Positions 33,720-45,748 of a stretch of 64,000 nucleotides of DNA are shown piece after piece. The position numbers and the translations under genes are program-made. The notes below the pieces were generated by a model, which saw only the letters and a list, made by a program, of their open reading frames with translations, did no database searches and was not told the DNA's origin. The stretch comes from Terriglobia bacterium (GTDB lineage Bacteria; Acidobacteriota; Polarisedimenticolia; Polarisedimenticolales; JAIQFR01), in assembly GCA_963748015.1 (NCBI GenBank), contig CAVVHE010000004.1, positions 1,856,001 to 1,920,000 on the forward strand. The letters run 5' to 3'. The stretch's first letter is position 1; every line of letters begins with the position of its first letter.

Positions 33720-34883
33720 GTGACGAGACTCGAGCCGCGCCCGTCGTGTGGCGATTGCGGCCGTCCGCCGGTCGTGTGTTTCTGCGATCGCATCACCGTG
33801 CTGCCCACCCGCACGCGCATCCTCCTGCTCCAGCACCCGCGCGAGCAGGACGTGGCGATCGGGACGGCGCGGATGGCCCACCGCGCCCTGCCGAGCTCGC
33901 GCCTGCGGGTCGGTCTCGACTTCGCGGACGACCCCGAGGTGTTGGCGGCCCTGGCCCGGCCGTCTCCAGCCTACGTCCTGTTCCCGGGGCCCGGCGCGCT
34001 TCCCGTCGAGCAGCTCCCGCGCGACCGCGCCATCACGCTCGTCGTGGTCGACGGCACGTGGTCGCAGGCGCGCAAGCTCCTCAGGCTGAACCCGGCGATC
34101 GCGGCCCTTCCCCGGATCGCGTTCAGCCCGGAAAGGCAGAGCGCCTACGTCATCCGCCGGGAGCCCGCCGACTTCTGCGTGTCCACGATCGAGGCGCTGG
34201 CGCACGTGCTTGCGGTGCTCGAGCCGGAGGGCGGCGCGTTCGAGCGGCTGCTCGATCCCTTCCACGCCATGGTGGAGCGGCAGCAGCGGTTCGAGGCGGA
34301 GGTCGGCGCCAGCCGTCATCGTTACCTCCCTCGCCGCGCGAAGGTCCCGCCCCGGGACGCGCTGGCCGCTCGCCTCGGCGCGGTATGGTCCCGGCTCGTC
34401 TGCGTCCACGGCGAGGCGAACGCTTGGCCGCGCCATCATCCCGCGCGGGAGGAGCCGGAGACCGTTCACTGGGTCGCGCACCGTCCCGCGACGGCCGAGT
34501 CGTTCGAGGCGGTCGTGGCGCCGCGACGCGCGTTGGCGGAGGCCACGCACGAGCACGTCGAGCTGCCGCCGGAGCGCCTCCTGGCCGGCGGCACCGTGCA
34601 GCAGTGGCAAGACGGCTGGAAGGAGTTCGCCAGGCCCGACGACATCCTGGTCACGTGGGGAACGTACTACCGCGATCTCGCCGCGGCGGATGGCTTGCCG
34701 CTCGCCGTCCCGTCGATGAATCTGCGCGACGAGGTGTCCCGGTTGCTCGGCGTGCGATTCGGCACCGTCGAGGCGTCCCTGGGCTCGCTGGGCGCGACAC
34801 CGGCGCCGCTGGCACTCCCCGGACGCGGCGGCCGCCGCCTCGCGGCCCTGGTCGGCGCGCTCGAATCGCTGCGCCCTGCTTGA
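33720..34883 (+). CDS. DTW-domain tRNA-uridine aminocarboxypropyltransferase (TapT/YfiP-like) with C-terminal extension
   Basis: CGDC..CFC, LLQHPRE, GTA, LFP, DGTWSQARK, YVIRREP, STIEA. Confidence 0.88.
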   Translation: MTRLEPRPSCGDCGRPPVVCFCDRITVLPTRTRILLLQHPREQDVAIGTARMAHRALPSSRLRVGLDFADDPEVLAALARPSPAYVLFPGPGALPVEQLPRDRAITLVVVDGTWSQARKLLRLNPAIAALPRIAFSPERQSAYVIRREPADFCVSTIEALAHVLAVLEPEGGAFERLLDPFHAMVERQQRFEAEVGASRHRYLPRRAKVPPRDALAARLGAVWSRLVCVHGEANAWPRHHPAREEPETVHWVAHRPATAESFEAVVAPRRALAEATHEHVELPPERLLAGGTVQQWQDGWKEFARPDDILVTWGTYYRDLAAADGLPLAVPSMNLRDEVSRLLGVRFGTVEASLGSLGATPAPLALPGRGGRRLAALVGALESLRPA

Positions 34884-35022
34884 ATGGGGCAGGTCCCGCC
34901 GCGGCAGCGTGTGGGCCAGCGCCCGCACGTGAGCGGATCACCTTCTCGGACGTGGGGCCGGAAACGCAGATGATCCGGCCCATGCCCCGCCGACGGGAAG
35001 CGATGAACTACAATCCCGGCGG

Positions 35023-35979
35023 ATGAACCCCGACGTCGTGCGGTCGATCGAGGATCTCCGGGCGCGAGGCGTGCTGTCGGAGAGCCAGGCCGCGTTGCCG
35101 GCACGCGTGGCGCGCGGCGAGATCGTGTCGGTCCGGGCCGAGCTGCGCGCCGCCCTCTACGCGGGCGTCCTCCTCGTCACGACCGGTGCAGGGCTCCTCG
35201 TCCGTCAGAACCTCGAGGCGATCGGACCGCTCGGCGTCGCGCTCGGCCTCGGCCTCGCCGCCGCCCTGGCGCTCGGCTGGGTCGCGCGCTCGGCGCCGGC
35301 GTTCTCGTGGGCGGAGGTTTCGTCTCCCAACCTCGCGTTCGACTACGTTCTGCTTCTCGGAGTGCTCCTCGCCGCCACGGACCTGGCCTACGTCGAGGCC
35401 CGCTTCACTCCTCTCGGCCGAGCGTGGCCCTGGCATCTCCTGATCGTGTCGCTGCTCACCGCCGCGTGCGCGTTCCGTTACGACTCGCGGGTCGTGTTCT
35501 CCCTCGCGCTGGGAACGTTCGCGGCGTGGCGCGGGGTCTCGGTCGCCTATCTCGAGCCCACCTGGTGGCGCGGTCCGGAGCCCGTGATCCGTGCGAACAT
35601 GATCGTCTGCGGCGCGATCTTCGTGACGGCCGCGTGGATCCTGGAGCGAACCGGCCGGAAGGCGCACTTCGAGCCGGTCGCGGCGCACCTCGGATGGCTG
35701 CTCGTCCTGGGGGCGCTCGCGTCGGGGGTGTTCCGCGGGGAGACGCCGGCGGCGCTCGCCCACGCGGGCGCCCTTTCGCTCGTCGGCGCGATCCTGGCGG
35801 CGTGGTCGCTGAAGCGTCGGCGTTTCGTGACGTTCGCCATGGGCGTCATCGGGGCGTACGTCGGAGTGAGCGGTCTCGTCGTGCATGGCGTGGGTTACGG
35901 GTCGGACGTCCTCGTGTACTTCTGGTTCACGCTTTCAGCTTTCCTTCTGCTGGGCGCCCTCGTCGCGGGCCACCGATAG
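35023..35979 (+). CDS. DUF2157-like membrane protein
   Basis: N-terminal L..RGVLS..SVRAELRAALYAGVLL, about nine TM segments. Confidence 0.7.
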   Translation: MNPDVVRSIEDLRARGVLSESQAALPARVARGEIVSVRAELRAALYAGVLLVTTGAGLLVRQNLEAIGPLGVALGLGLAAALALGWVARSAPAFSWAEVSSPNLAFDYVLLLGVLLAATDLAYVEARFTPLGRAWPWHLLIVSLLTAACAFRYDSRVVFSLALGTFAAWRGVSVAYLEPTWWRGPEPVIRANMIVCGAIFVTAAWILERTGRKAHFEPVAAHLGWLLVLGALASGVFRGETPAALAHAGALSLVGAILAAWSLKRRRFVTFAMGVIGAYVGVSGLVVHGVGYGSDVLVYFWFTLSAFLLLGALVAGHR

Positions 35980-35993
35980 ATGCGGCGGGAGCC

Positions 35994-37226
35994 GTGAGAA
36001 GGGACGCGGTTCGCGCGGAGCGCGCTCGCGAGTGCCGCGTCGCCGCGCGCGCCTGGCGCCGCGCGGGAACGATCGACGACACCACGCTCGCCGCGATCGA
36101 CACGACCTTTCCGGATGACCGCGTGCGCGCCCGCCCCGCCTTTCGCGTGCTCTTCTTCGCGTTCACCGCTTTCGGCGTGCTCGCCGCCTTCGGGCTGGCG
36201 CTCGCGACGGGCCTCGACTCGTCGGGCAAACTCGGCTTCGTCGCGCTGACGTTCGGGATTCTCCTCGCGGCAGCCACGGAAGTTCAGCTCGGGCTCTTCC
36301 GGCGGGACCGCGGCGGGACGGAAGAGGCGACGTCGATCCTCTCCGCCCTCTTCCTGGTCGGCGCGGCCGGCTGGTTCGTCTTCGAGTGGATCCCTCTCGG
36401 CGGGCGAGCCGAGTTTTCTTCGTTCCTCGTCGTTGCCGCGCTGATCCTCGCGGCCGCGGCGTGGCGCTGGGGCCTCGCCATCCACGCGACCGGCGCCGCG
36501 GTCCTCGCGTTCTGGCTGCTCGCCCGGCTGCCGCACGGAAGGCTCCTGTGGGCCGTCACCGGTCTCGTCGCCTCCGCTCTCCTCGTGCGCGCTCGGGAGT
36601 CCGGGCGGTTGGCGCCCTCGCACCGGCGCGCCGCGTCGTGGGCGTTTCTCGTGGCGATCGCCGGCCTGTATGCCTCGATCTCTATCTACTCGCTCGATCA
36701 CGGCCTCGTCGAGGCAATCGGCGAGCGCGGCTCCTTCTTTCACTCGCTCTTCGACGTCGATCCGCGAACCGGCGCGGCAGGTGTTCTGGCAGGACTCCCG
36801 TGGACCGTGAGGCGGGTTCTGTGCGCGTGTCTGACCGCGGGGGTTCCCGCCGTCCTGATCGCCGCCGGCCTGCGCCGGAGGCGCAGGCTCCTGCTCGACG
36901 CCGGGCTCGTCCTCGCGGCCGTCTCGCTCGCGACCGTCCGCGCCTACGTGCACGTGGCCGCGCCGTGGCTCGTGCTCGCGGCCGCGGGCGGCGGACTCCT
37001 GGCCCTCGCCCTCGTCCTGCGCCGCTGGCTCGATTCCGGTCCGGGCAGGGAGCGCGGCGGCTTCACGGCCGAGCCGCTCTTCGAGAGCCCGTCGCGGACG
37101 CGAATCCTCGAGGCCGCGGCGACGATCGCAACCCTGTCTCCGACCCCGCGTGGAGTCCCCACGGAACCCGGATTCAAGGGGGGTGGCGGCGAATCGGGAG
37201 GAGCGGGGGCGAGCGGCGAATTCTGA
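35994..37226 (+). CDS. hypothetical multi-pass membrane protein
   Basis: GTG start, WRRAGTID N-terminus, many TM segments, C-terminal FKGGGGESGGAGASGEF tail. Confidence 0.7.
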   Translation: MRRDAVRAERARECRVAARAWRRAGTIDDTTLAAIDTTFPDDRVRARPAFRVLFFAFTAFGVLAAFGLALATGLDSSGKLGFVALTFGILLAAATEVQLGLFRRDRGGTEEATSILSALFLVGAAGWFVFEWIPLGGRAEFSSFLVVAALILAAAAWRWGLAIHATGAAVLAFWLLARLPHGRLLWAVTGLVASALLVRARESGRLAPSHRRAASWAFLVAIAGLYASISIYSLDHGLVEAIGERGSFFHSLFDVDPRTGAAGVLAGLPWTVRRVLCACLTAGVPAVLIAAGLRRRRRLLLDAGLVLAAVSLATVRAYVHVAAPWLVLAAAGGGLLALALVLRRWLDSGPGRERGGFTAEPLFESPSRTRILEAAATIATLSPTPRGVPTEPGFKGGGGESGGAGASGEF

Positions 37227-37260
37227 CCTCGAGACGCCGGCCCCGGTCACCGGGACCGGT

Positions 37261-38481
37261 TCAACCCAGCCGGACCTTCCGCAGGTCGATGGGCCGGCCC
37301 TTGTAGACGCCCAGGCCCAGGTTCTCCGCCACCGCCAGGCCGTAGTGGCGCCGGCGCAGCGTCTCCACTCGCCCCGTATCGAGGCTGCCCGCCTCGAGCT
37401 GGCAGGCCACCAGCACGTCGAAGCCCACGCTGTCGAGGGCCACGGGATCCGTGGCGACGTAGAGCCGCTCCTGGGGTACGACGAAGGCCGGCGCGGGGAC
37501 GGGCCCCTTGTCGTACTGCACCCTGAAGGCGTCCATGACGTGGAGCACCACCTTGTCCCGGATGGGCGGGAAGGCGCAGACCTCGGGGATGTAGCGGTGG
37601 ATGAAGTCGTGACCGCGAGGGCAGTTGGTGGTGGAACCGAAGGCGAGGTTCTTCATCGCGCCGGTGATCTCGGTCGCGCCGTGGTGCTTGAGCACGGGGA
37701 TGTTGATCACCTTGTCGACGCCGCCCTCCTTGCCGGAGCGCGTCAGCAGCTTGGGGAAGTGGCTCTTGGTGCCGCCGTGGAACATCTCCTCGAGGTAGTT
37801 CTCGGCATCGGGCAGGCTGTGGTCCGCCTCGTAGAAGACCTCCTCGTCCCAGCGCTCCCAGCCGCCGGGGGTGTTCTTGCCGTCCTTCTCGATGAACCAG
37901 TTGAGCAGGTAAGCCTCCACGCCGGGGTGGACCTCCTCCGGCTTGTACGTGCGCGCGTGCTCGTCGTCGAAGCGGTGCCAGACCACCATGTCCTTCCGCG
38001 GAATCCCGGCCTGCTCCATCCCCGCCACCACGGCCCCGATCAGCTCCCGGGTCGTGCCGGAGATCTGGTGCCCCACGGGGTTGAACTTGATGCCGACGCG
38101 CTCGCCGGGGCTCACGAAGCGGCGCCAGGCCTCGCGGGTCCCCTTTTCGCCGGTCAGGGACCTGAGGGCCGCGGCCACCATTCGCTCCGCCGCCCCCGCG
38201 ACGGGCCGAAGGTCCTTCACGGAGCCCGGGAGGTAGGCCTCGGCCACGATCCCGGGGAAGGGTCCCGGCATGGAGAGACGGCCTTTCGGCTGGCGCAGGG
38301 CCAGTTGCACGTTGGTGTGCAGCGCCATGGGGTCCGGGCGGACCGCGGCAGCCGGGGCAGGCGCGGGGGCGTCCGGCACGGGCGCCTCCCCCCGGAGCGC
38401 TTGGGGGAGCTGGGTGGCCGCCAGGGCGGCGCTTCCCGCGGCGAGGAAGGTGCGACGGTTCATGGATCGACGTACGCTCAT
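37261..38481 (-). CDS. Tat-exported DUF362 domain protein
   Basis: MNRRTFL twin-arginine signal, VGIKFN, INIPVLKHH..ITGAMKN, DPVALD; SD GGAGG. Confidence 0.85.
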   Translation of the reverse strand: MSVRRSMNRRTFLAAGSAALAATQLPQALRGEAPVPDAPAPAPAAAVRPDPMALHTNVQLALRQPKGRLSMPGPFPGIVAEAYLPGSVKDLRPVAGAAERMVAAALRSLTGEKGTREAWRRFVSPGERVGIKFNPVGHQISGTTRELIGAVVAGMEQAGIPRKDMVVWHRFDDEHARTYKPEEVHPGVEAYLLNWFIEKDGKNTPGGWERWDEEVFYEADHSLPDAENYLEEMFHGGTKSHFPKLLTRSGKEGGVDKVINIPVLKHHGATEITGAMKNLAFGSTTNCPRGHDFIHRYIPEVCAFPPIRDKVVLHVMDAFRVQYDKGPVPAPAFVVPQERLYVATDPVALDSVGFDVLVACQLEAGSLDTGRVETLRRRHYGLAVAENLGLGVYKGRPIDLRKVRLG

Positions 38482-38490
38482 GGGACCTCC

Positions 38491-38656
38491 CTAGTGTCCC
38501 GAGTCCGAAGTACGTCACCTATTTCGCCGGCCCTGGCCGGCCCTGGCTGCGTCGGGCCTCCTCGAAATACTCCCGGTATTCCTTCGTCGGCCCTCCTTGC
38601 CAGGACCGCCCATGGCTCGGCGAACTAGGCAACGTACTTCGGACTCGGAACACTAG
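38491..38656. mobile_element. MITE-like element with ~39-bp imperfect terminal inverted repeats, bounded by CTAG at both ends
   Basis: Left end CTAGTGTCCCGAGTCCGAAGTACGTCACCTATTTCGCCG versus reverse complement of right end CTAGTGTTCCGAGTCCGAAGTACGTTGCCTAGTTCGCCG; no transposase ORF. Confidence 0.75.
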
Positions 38657-39345
38657 CGACTCGAAGGGAACAACAGGGCCACCGCGCCGGAGTGGACCGT
38701 CAGGCGGAGCGAGGTCCCGGTCAGGTTGCTCAGGCCGAGCGATCCGGGGCGGAGCCGGGCGCGGCGCAGCGTCCAGCGTGTGCCGCCGAGGGTGACCGTC
38801 GCGGCCCCGCCGAGCGCGACGAGCGAGACGGTTCGGCCGCGCACCGTGGCCGCCTCGCAGCCGCGGCTCGTGACGAGGACGGTGCCGCGGTCGGCCGGCG
38901 CGAGGATGCCGGCGAACCAGCGCGACGCCTCGCCGAGATCGAACAGGTTCGACCACTCGTGGTCGAGGCGCCCCCCGAGAAGGCCGGCGACCGTGACGAC
39001 CTGCACTCGGCGGGCCCTGAGCTCGCGGAAGGCGCCCGCGAGGTCGCTGAAGTCCTTTTCCTTTTCGTAGATCACGGACGAGACGCCGCGGGGCGCTCGC
39101 GAGGTCGAGTCGAGGTCGCCGACGAAGAGGTCCGGCCGGCGGCCGGCGGCGCGGCAGGTCTTGAGCCCGCCGTTCACCGCGACGAGGAGGCAGCCGTCCG
39201 ACATCGCGCCCGCGAGCGCGCACGCGCGTCTCAACTCGGACCGGCCGGCGCCCTCGAGGACCAGGACGGCCCCCTGGACGCCACCCCGGCGCCTGAGACC
39301 GCGCAGCCCGATCTGCGGTCGGTCGCCGCTGCCGTCGATGGTGAT
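38653..39345 (-). CDS. thiamine pyrophosphokinase (start uncertain; ORF track TTG at 39234)
   Basis: VAVNGGL, PDLFVGDLDS, EKDFSDL, GGRLDHEWSN, SLGLSN. Confidence 0.85.
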   Translation of the reverse strand: MTIDGSGDRPQIGLRGLRRRGGVQGAVLVLEGAGRSELRRACALAGAMSDGCLLVAVNGGLKTCRAAGRRPDLFVGDLDSTSRAPRGVSSVIYEKEKDFSDLAGAFRELRARRVQVVTVAGLLGGRLDHEWSNLFDLGEASRWFAGILAPADRGTVLVTSRGCEAATVRGRTVSLVALGGAATVTLGGTRWTLRRARLRPGSLGLSNLTGTSLRLTVHSGAVALLFPSSR

Positions 39346-39438
39346 GGAATGCCCCTCCCCGACCCTTAGAGATACCCCTCGGCGCCTCGCGAATCAAGAG
39401 AAACTGCGACGCAACCCGGCGATGCGGCGCCGCGCAAC

Positions 39439-39470
39439 AAAAAACCCCGGAGGCGGGAGCCTCCGGGGTT
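39439..39470 (-). terminator. rho-independent terminator of csp
   Basis: AACCCCGGAGGC-TCCC-GCCTCCGGGGTTTTTT on the minus strand just after the stop. Confidence 0.85.
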
Positions 39471-39497
39471 CTGTTTCGCGCTTGCTGGACCGGCGCG

Positions 39498-39701
39498 CTA
39501 GGCGACCGGCATCACGTTTTCGGCCTGCGGGCCCTTCGGGCCGTCCTTGATCTCGAACTCGACTTCCTGACCTTCATCGAGGGTTCGGTATCCCTCGGCT
39601 CGGATCGCGGAGTAGTGAACGAAGACGTCCGGTCCGTCCTCGCGGGCGATGAACCCGTAACCCTTGGTGTTATTGAACCACTTCACCTTGCCTCTGGCCA
39701 C
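39498..39701 (-). CDS. cold-shock protein (CspA family)
   Basis: [37 protein letters not shown], 67 aa; SD AAGGAGG. Confidence 0.95.
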   Translation of the reverse strand: MARGKVKWFNNTKGYGFIAREDGPDVFVHYSAIRAEGYRTLDEGQEVEFEIKDGPKGPQAENVMPVA

Positions 39702-39788
39702 GATCGGAACCTCCTTGACGCAAAAACCCTGTTCGGGACACGGAACTTCCAGCGCCCCGGGCGCGACCCGCTTCCGAGGAGGAGCCAC

Positions 39789-39826
39789 AAAAAAGCCACC
39801 CGGGCTCTCGGTCGCCCCAGGTGGCC
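39789..39826 (-). terminator. hairpin plus U-tract downstream of lon / upstream of csp
   Basis: GGCCACCTGGG...CCCGGGTGGCTTTTTT on the minus strand. Confidence 0.6.
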
Positions 39827-39863
39827 TTCCCGCCGGCACCCCTACTTCACCGCGACGAGCCGT

Positions 39864-42356
39864 TCAAGAGTTTAGAGCTTCAAAGGTGACGCCGCAAGTC
39901 CGGTCTCCGCCGACCCGCGACTCGATCAAGGCCGGGGAATCGGACTCCGGCTCCCCCTCGGACGGGGTTTCTTCCTCTGCCGCGGAGGCTTTCGGCCCGT
40001 CCTGTTCCCTTGCCACCGGGCGGGAGCGCAGCGCCGGGCCGAAGGCCAGCTCGAGCACCTGCTCGATCTCGCTCACGAAGTGGAAGGTCAGCGCGTCCTT
40101 GACCGGCTGAGCGACGTCCACCAGGTCCTTCTCGTTCTTGTCCGGGAGTATCACGCTCCGGATACCCGCGGACTTGGCGGCGATCACCTTCTCCTTGATG
40201 CCGCCCACCGGTAGCACCTTGCCGCGCAGCGTGATCTCCCCCGTCATCGCGAGGTAGGTCGGGACCGGCAGGCCGGTCAGGAGCGATACCAGCGACGTCG
40301 TGAGCGTCACGCCGGCCGACGGGCCGTCCTTGGGGATCGCCCCGGCGGGCACGTGGATGTGGAAGTCGGACCGGTCGAAGATCGTCTCGTCGAGCTTCAG
40401 CTCCTTCGCGTTGGTGCGAATCCAGGAGAGCGCCGCGAGCGCCGACTCGCGCATCACGTCGCCGAGACGGCCGGTGATGGTCACTTTCCCCTTCCCGCGC
40501 ATGCGGGTGGATTCCACGAAGAGGATCTCGCCCCCGACCTGGGTCCAGGCCAGGCCGACCGCGACGCCGGTCCGGTCGCTGCGCTCGGCGATCTCGCGGA
40601 AGAACCGGACCGGGCCGAGCAGGTCCACGACCTTCTCCGGCGTGGCGACGACCTTGTCCGTGTTTCCCTCGACGACGCGCCGCGCGATCTTCCGGCAGAT
40701 GTTCGCCACCTCGCGGTCGAGGTTTCTGACCCCCGCCTCGCGGGTGTAGCTGTTGATCAGCATCCGGACGCCGTCGTCGGGGATCTCGAGACGCTCGGCC
40801 GTCAGGCCGTGCTCGTCGAGCTGCCGCGGCACCAGGTGGCCCTTCGCGATCTCCAGCTTCTCTTCCTCGGTGTAGCCGGGGAGGCGCAGGACCTCCATGC
40901 GGTCCCGGAGGGCGGGAGGGATGGTGTCGAGGACGTTCGCCGTCGTGATGAAGAACACCTTGCTGAGGTCGTAGGGCACCTCGAGGTAGTGGTCGGAGAA
41001 CGCGTTGTTCTGCTCGGGGTCGAGCACCTCGAGGAGCGCGGACGACGGGTCGCCCCGGAAATCGGTCCCCACCTTGTCGATCTCGTCGAGCATGAAGACC
41101 GGGTTGCGGGTCCCCGCTCGCTTGATCCCCTGGATGATGCGCCCGGGCAGCGAGCCGATGTAGGTGCGGCGGTGCCCTCGGATCTCCGCCTCGTCGCGGA
41201 TCCCGCCCAGCGAGATCCGGATGAACTTCCGCCCCATCGCCCTCGCGATCGACTTCCCGAGCGACGTCTTGCCGACGCCGGGAGGGCCCGCGAAGCAGAG
41301 GATCTGCCCCTTGAGGTCCTTCTTGAGAGAGCGGACCGCGAGGTACTCCAGGATCCGGTCCTTGATCTTCTCGAGATCGTAGTGGTCCTCGTCGAGGATC
41401 CGCTTGGCCTCGGCGACGTCGAGCTTGTCCTCGGTCTCGACCGTCCACGGGAGCGAGACGAGCCAGTCGAGGTAAGTGCGGGAGACGGTGTACTCCGCCG
41501 CCTGCGGCGGCATCTTCGAGAGCCGCTCGAGCTCTTTCTCGGCGGCCTTGCGCGGCTCCTCGGGCATTCCCGCGGCCTCGATCTTCTTCCGCAGCTCCTC
41601 GATCTCTACGGTCCGCTCGTCCTCCTCGCCCAGCTCCTTCTGGATCGCCTTCATCTGCTCGCGGAGGTAGTACTGCTTCTGCGTCTTCCCGACCTCGTCC
41701 GCGACCTGCGACTGGATGCGGCTCGAGATCTCCTGCAGCTCGAACTCGCGCGTGATGATCTCCATCAGCTTCTGGACGCGATCGCGGACGTTGTTCCGCT
41801 CGAGCAGGCCGATCTTCTCCTCGACGCTGATGTTGAGCACGGACGCCGCGAGGTCGCTCAGGCGCGCGGGGTCGGACGACCCCGCGGACAGGACCATCTC
41901 GCCGAGGTCGTTCGAGATGTTCGGCGAGGCCTGGACGAGCTGCTGGAACTTGTTGATGAGGCCGCGGACCAGAGCCTCGAACTCGACGCTGGGCTCGACG
42001 ATGTCGTCGAGCGCGGTGATCGAGGCCTTGACGAACGGCTCGGTGGCGACGAAGCGGTCCACGCGGATGCGCCGCATCCCCTGGATGATGAGATTGACGT
42101 TGTTCCCGTTGAGCCGGACGATCTTCAGGATTCGCGCCGCGGTCCCGACGCGGAACATCGCCGACGGATCCGGATCGTCGTCGGCCGGGTTCCGCTGGGA
42201 CACGACGCCGATCAGCTTCGAGTCGCGCGCCACGTCGTCGAGCAGGTTCAGCGTCTTCCGCCGCCCGACGGAAATCGGCATGATCGCGTGGGGGAACAGC
42301 ACGCTGTTGCGAAGCGGGAGCACCCCGATCTCGCTCGGAATCACGATGGAGTCCAT
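39864..42356 (-). CDS. lon: ATP-dependent Lon protease
   Basis: [11 protein letters not shown]-domain, [46 protein letters not shown]. Confidence 0.97.
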   Translation of the reverse strand: MDSIVIPSEIGVLPLRNSVLFPHAIMPISVGRRKTLNLLDDVARDSKLIGVVSQRNPADDDPDPSAMFRVGTAARILKIVRLNGNNVNLIIQGMRRIRVDRFVATEPFVKASITALDDIVEPSVEFEALVRGLINKFQQLVQASPNISNDLGEMVLSAGSSDPARLSDLAASVLNISVEEKIGLLERNNVRDRVQKLMEIITREFELQEISSRIQSQVADEVGKTQKQYYLREQMKAIQKELGEEDERTVEIEELRKKIEAAGMPEEPRKAAEKELERLSKMPPQAAEYTVSRTYLDWLVSLPWTVETEDKLDVAEAKRILDEDHYDLEKIKDRILEYLAVRSLKKDLKGQILCFAGPPGVGKTSLGKSIARAMGRKFIRISLGGIRDEAEIRGHRRTYIGSLPGRIIQGIKRAGTRNPVFMLDEIDKVGTDFRGDPSSALLEVLDPEQNNAFSDHYLEVPYDLSKVFFITTANVLDTIPPALRDRMEVLRLPGYTEEEKLEIAKGHLVPRQLDEHGLTAERLEIPDDGVRMLINSYTREAGVRNLDREVANICRKIARRVVEGNTDKVVATPEKVVDLLGPVRFFREIAERSDRTGVAVGLAWTQVGGEILFVESTRMRGKGKVTITGRLGDVMRESALAALSWIRTNAKELKLDETIFDRSDFHIHVPAGAIPKDGPSAGVTLTTSLVSLLTGLPVPTYLAMTGEITLRGKVLPVGGIKEKVIAAKSAGIRSVILPDKNEKDLVDVAQPVKDALTFHFVSEIEQVLELAFGPALRSRPVAREQDGPKASAAEEETPSEGEPESDSPALIESRVGGDRTCGVTFEALNS

Positions 42357-42456
42357 GGTCTCCTTGCCTTGTCGCGGGTCATGCCCGGCCCGCAGTCCGG
42401 TCGGCTGGGTTCCATTGTCGTGCCGGGCGGCGCGCGGTGCAACCCGGGGCGCCCCG

Positions 42457-42502
42457 AAAAACGATCGCCCCGGCGCCCGCGCCGGCGCGGGCCCGGGGCG
42501 AT
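42457..42502 (-). terminator. putative terminator after hsp20
   Basis: Long GC hairpin ATCGCCCCGG...CCGGGGCGAT followed by CGTTTTT. Confidence 0.5.
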
Positions 42503-42518
42503 GACGAGAACGGAATCG

Positions 42519-42959
42519 TCAGCCGACGTGGATCTCCACCTTCTTCGGCTTCGCCTCTTCCGCCTTCGGCAGCACGACCTCGAGCACGCCGTCCTTGAGG
42601 CTCGCGGAGATCCTCGAGGGGTCCACCGTGGTCGGCAGGCTGAAGCTGCGAGCGAACGAGCCGTAGACCCGCTCCATCCGGTAGGCGTTCTTCTCCTCGA
42701 CCGCCTCCGCGTGCTTCCGCTCGCCCCGGAGGATCAGGACGCCGTTCTCGACGCGGACGTCGATGTCGTTCCTGTCCACGCCGGGAAGCTCGGCCCGGAT
42801 GACGAGGTCCTCGCCCTTTTCGAAGATGTCCACGGCCGGGGCCCAGGCCCCGTAGCCTTCCTCGGTTCCCCAGCGGGTCGGAGCGTCGGCGAGAAGCCGG
42901 CCCACCCGCTCCTGGATGCTCATGAGATCGCGCAGCGGATCCCATCTCACGATCGCCAT
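42519..42959 (-). CDS. Hsp20/alpha-crystallin small heat-shock protein
   Basis: MAIVRWDP, WAPAVDI, AELPGV, ERVYGSFARSFSLP, DGVLEV.LPK. Confidence 0.95.
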   Translation of the reverse strand: MAIVRWDPLRDLMSIQERVGRLLADAPTRWGTEEGYGAWAPAVDIFEKGEDLVIRAELPGVDRNDIDVRVENGVLILRGERKHAEAVEEKNAYRMERVYGSFARSFSLPTTVDPSRISASLKDGVLEVVLPKAEEAKPKKVEIHVG

Positions 42960-43028
42960 GTTCGTACCCTCCCTGCGAAAGTCGTTGGCGCCGGGGCCTC
43001 TCGTGTCGTTTGCCCCGCGGCGATGGTC

Positions 43029-43057
43029 TTGTTAAGACCCGCTCAGGAAGGTGTCAA
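43029..43057 (-). promoter_or_regulatory. sigma70-like promoter of hsp20 with an overlapping palindrome
   Basis: TTGACA-17 nt-TAACAA; GGTCTT-aac-AAGACC overlaps the -10. Confidence 0.55.
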
Positions 43058-43083
43058 GCCGGCCGGCGCCCGGCGGCCCGGCC

Positions 43084-43533
43084 TCAGGGCTCGGGCGCGC
43101 GCACGGTCAGGACCGGGCACGGCGCGCGGCGCACGACCCGCTCGGTCGTCGAGCCGAACAGCGCGTGGGAGATGAACCCGCGCCCGTGAGTGGACATGAC
43201 GATCATCCCGGCGCCGCGTTCGAAGGCGAGACGCGCGATCTCGAGGTGGGGAATGCCGCGGAGCACGAGCCTCTCGATCGCGACACCGGCCCCCTCGTAG
43301 GGCTTCAGGAAGCGCTCGAGCTCCTCCGTCGCGCGTCGTACCTGGGAATCCAGTACCTCCTCCACGGGAACGGCGGCGAACTCGTCCACGAACGCCGGGA
43401 GCCGGTCCTCCACGACGTGCACGACGACGACGGCGGAGGAGAACATCCCCGCGATGGTCAGCGCCGGGCCGAACGCGTGCCGGGAGGTCTCGGAGAAATC
43501 GGTGGTGACGACGAGGGTGCCGAATTCGCTCAT
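43084..43533 (-). CDS. universal stress protein (UspA family)
   Basis: LVVTTDFSE..VVHV..MIVMSTHGR..LFGSTTERVVRRAPCPVLTV. Confidence 0.93.
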   Translation of the reverse strand: MSEFGTLVVTTDFSETSRHAFGPALTIAGMFSSAVVVVHVVEDRLPAFVDEFAAVPVEEVLDSQVRRATEELERFLKPYEGAGVAIERLVLRGIPHLEIARLAFERGAGMIVMSTHGRGFISHALFGSTTERVVRRAPCPVLTVRAPEP

Positions 43534-43598
43534 GGCCGCCTCCGCGCCCCGTGCGCCGTCACGAAGCCGCCCGCCGCGAGCTTGCGACCGGGCGAGTC

Positions 43599-45674
<2,076 letters not shown>

Positions 45675-45748
45675 TCCACGCCGATCCGCTTTCCCGGGAG
45701 CCCGAACCGAAGCGCGGCCCTCCGCGCGTGCCGGTGGGGGGCCCGCGA

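Noticed and set aside
39240..39420. TPP riboswitch upstream of thiamine pyrophosphokinase
   Set aside because: No TPP aptamer consensus on the coding strand; the region appears to be coding sequence plus promoter.
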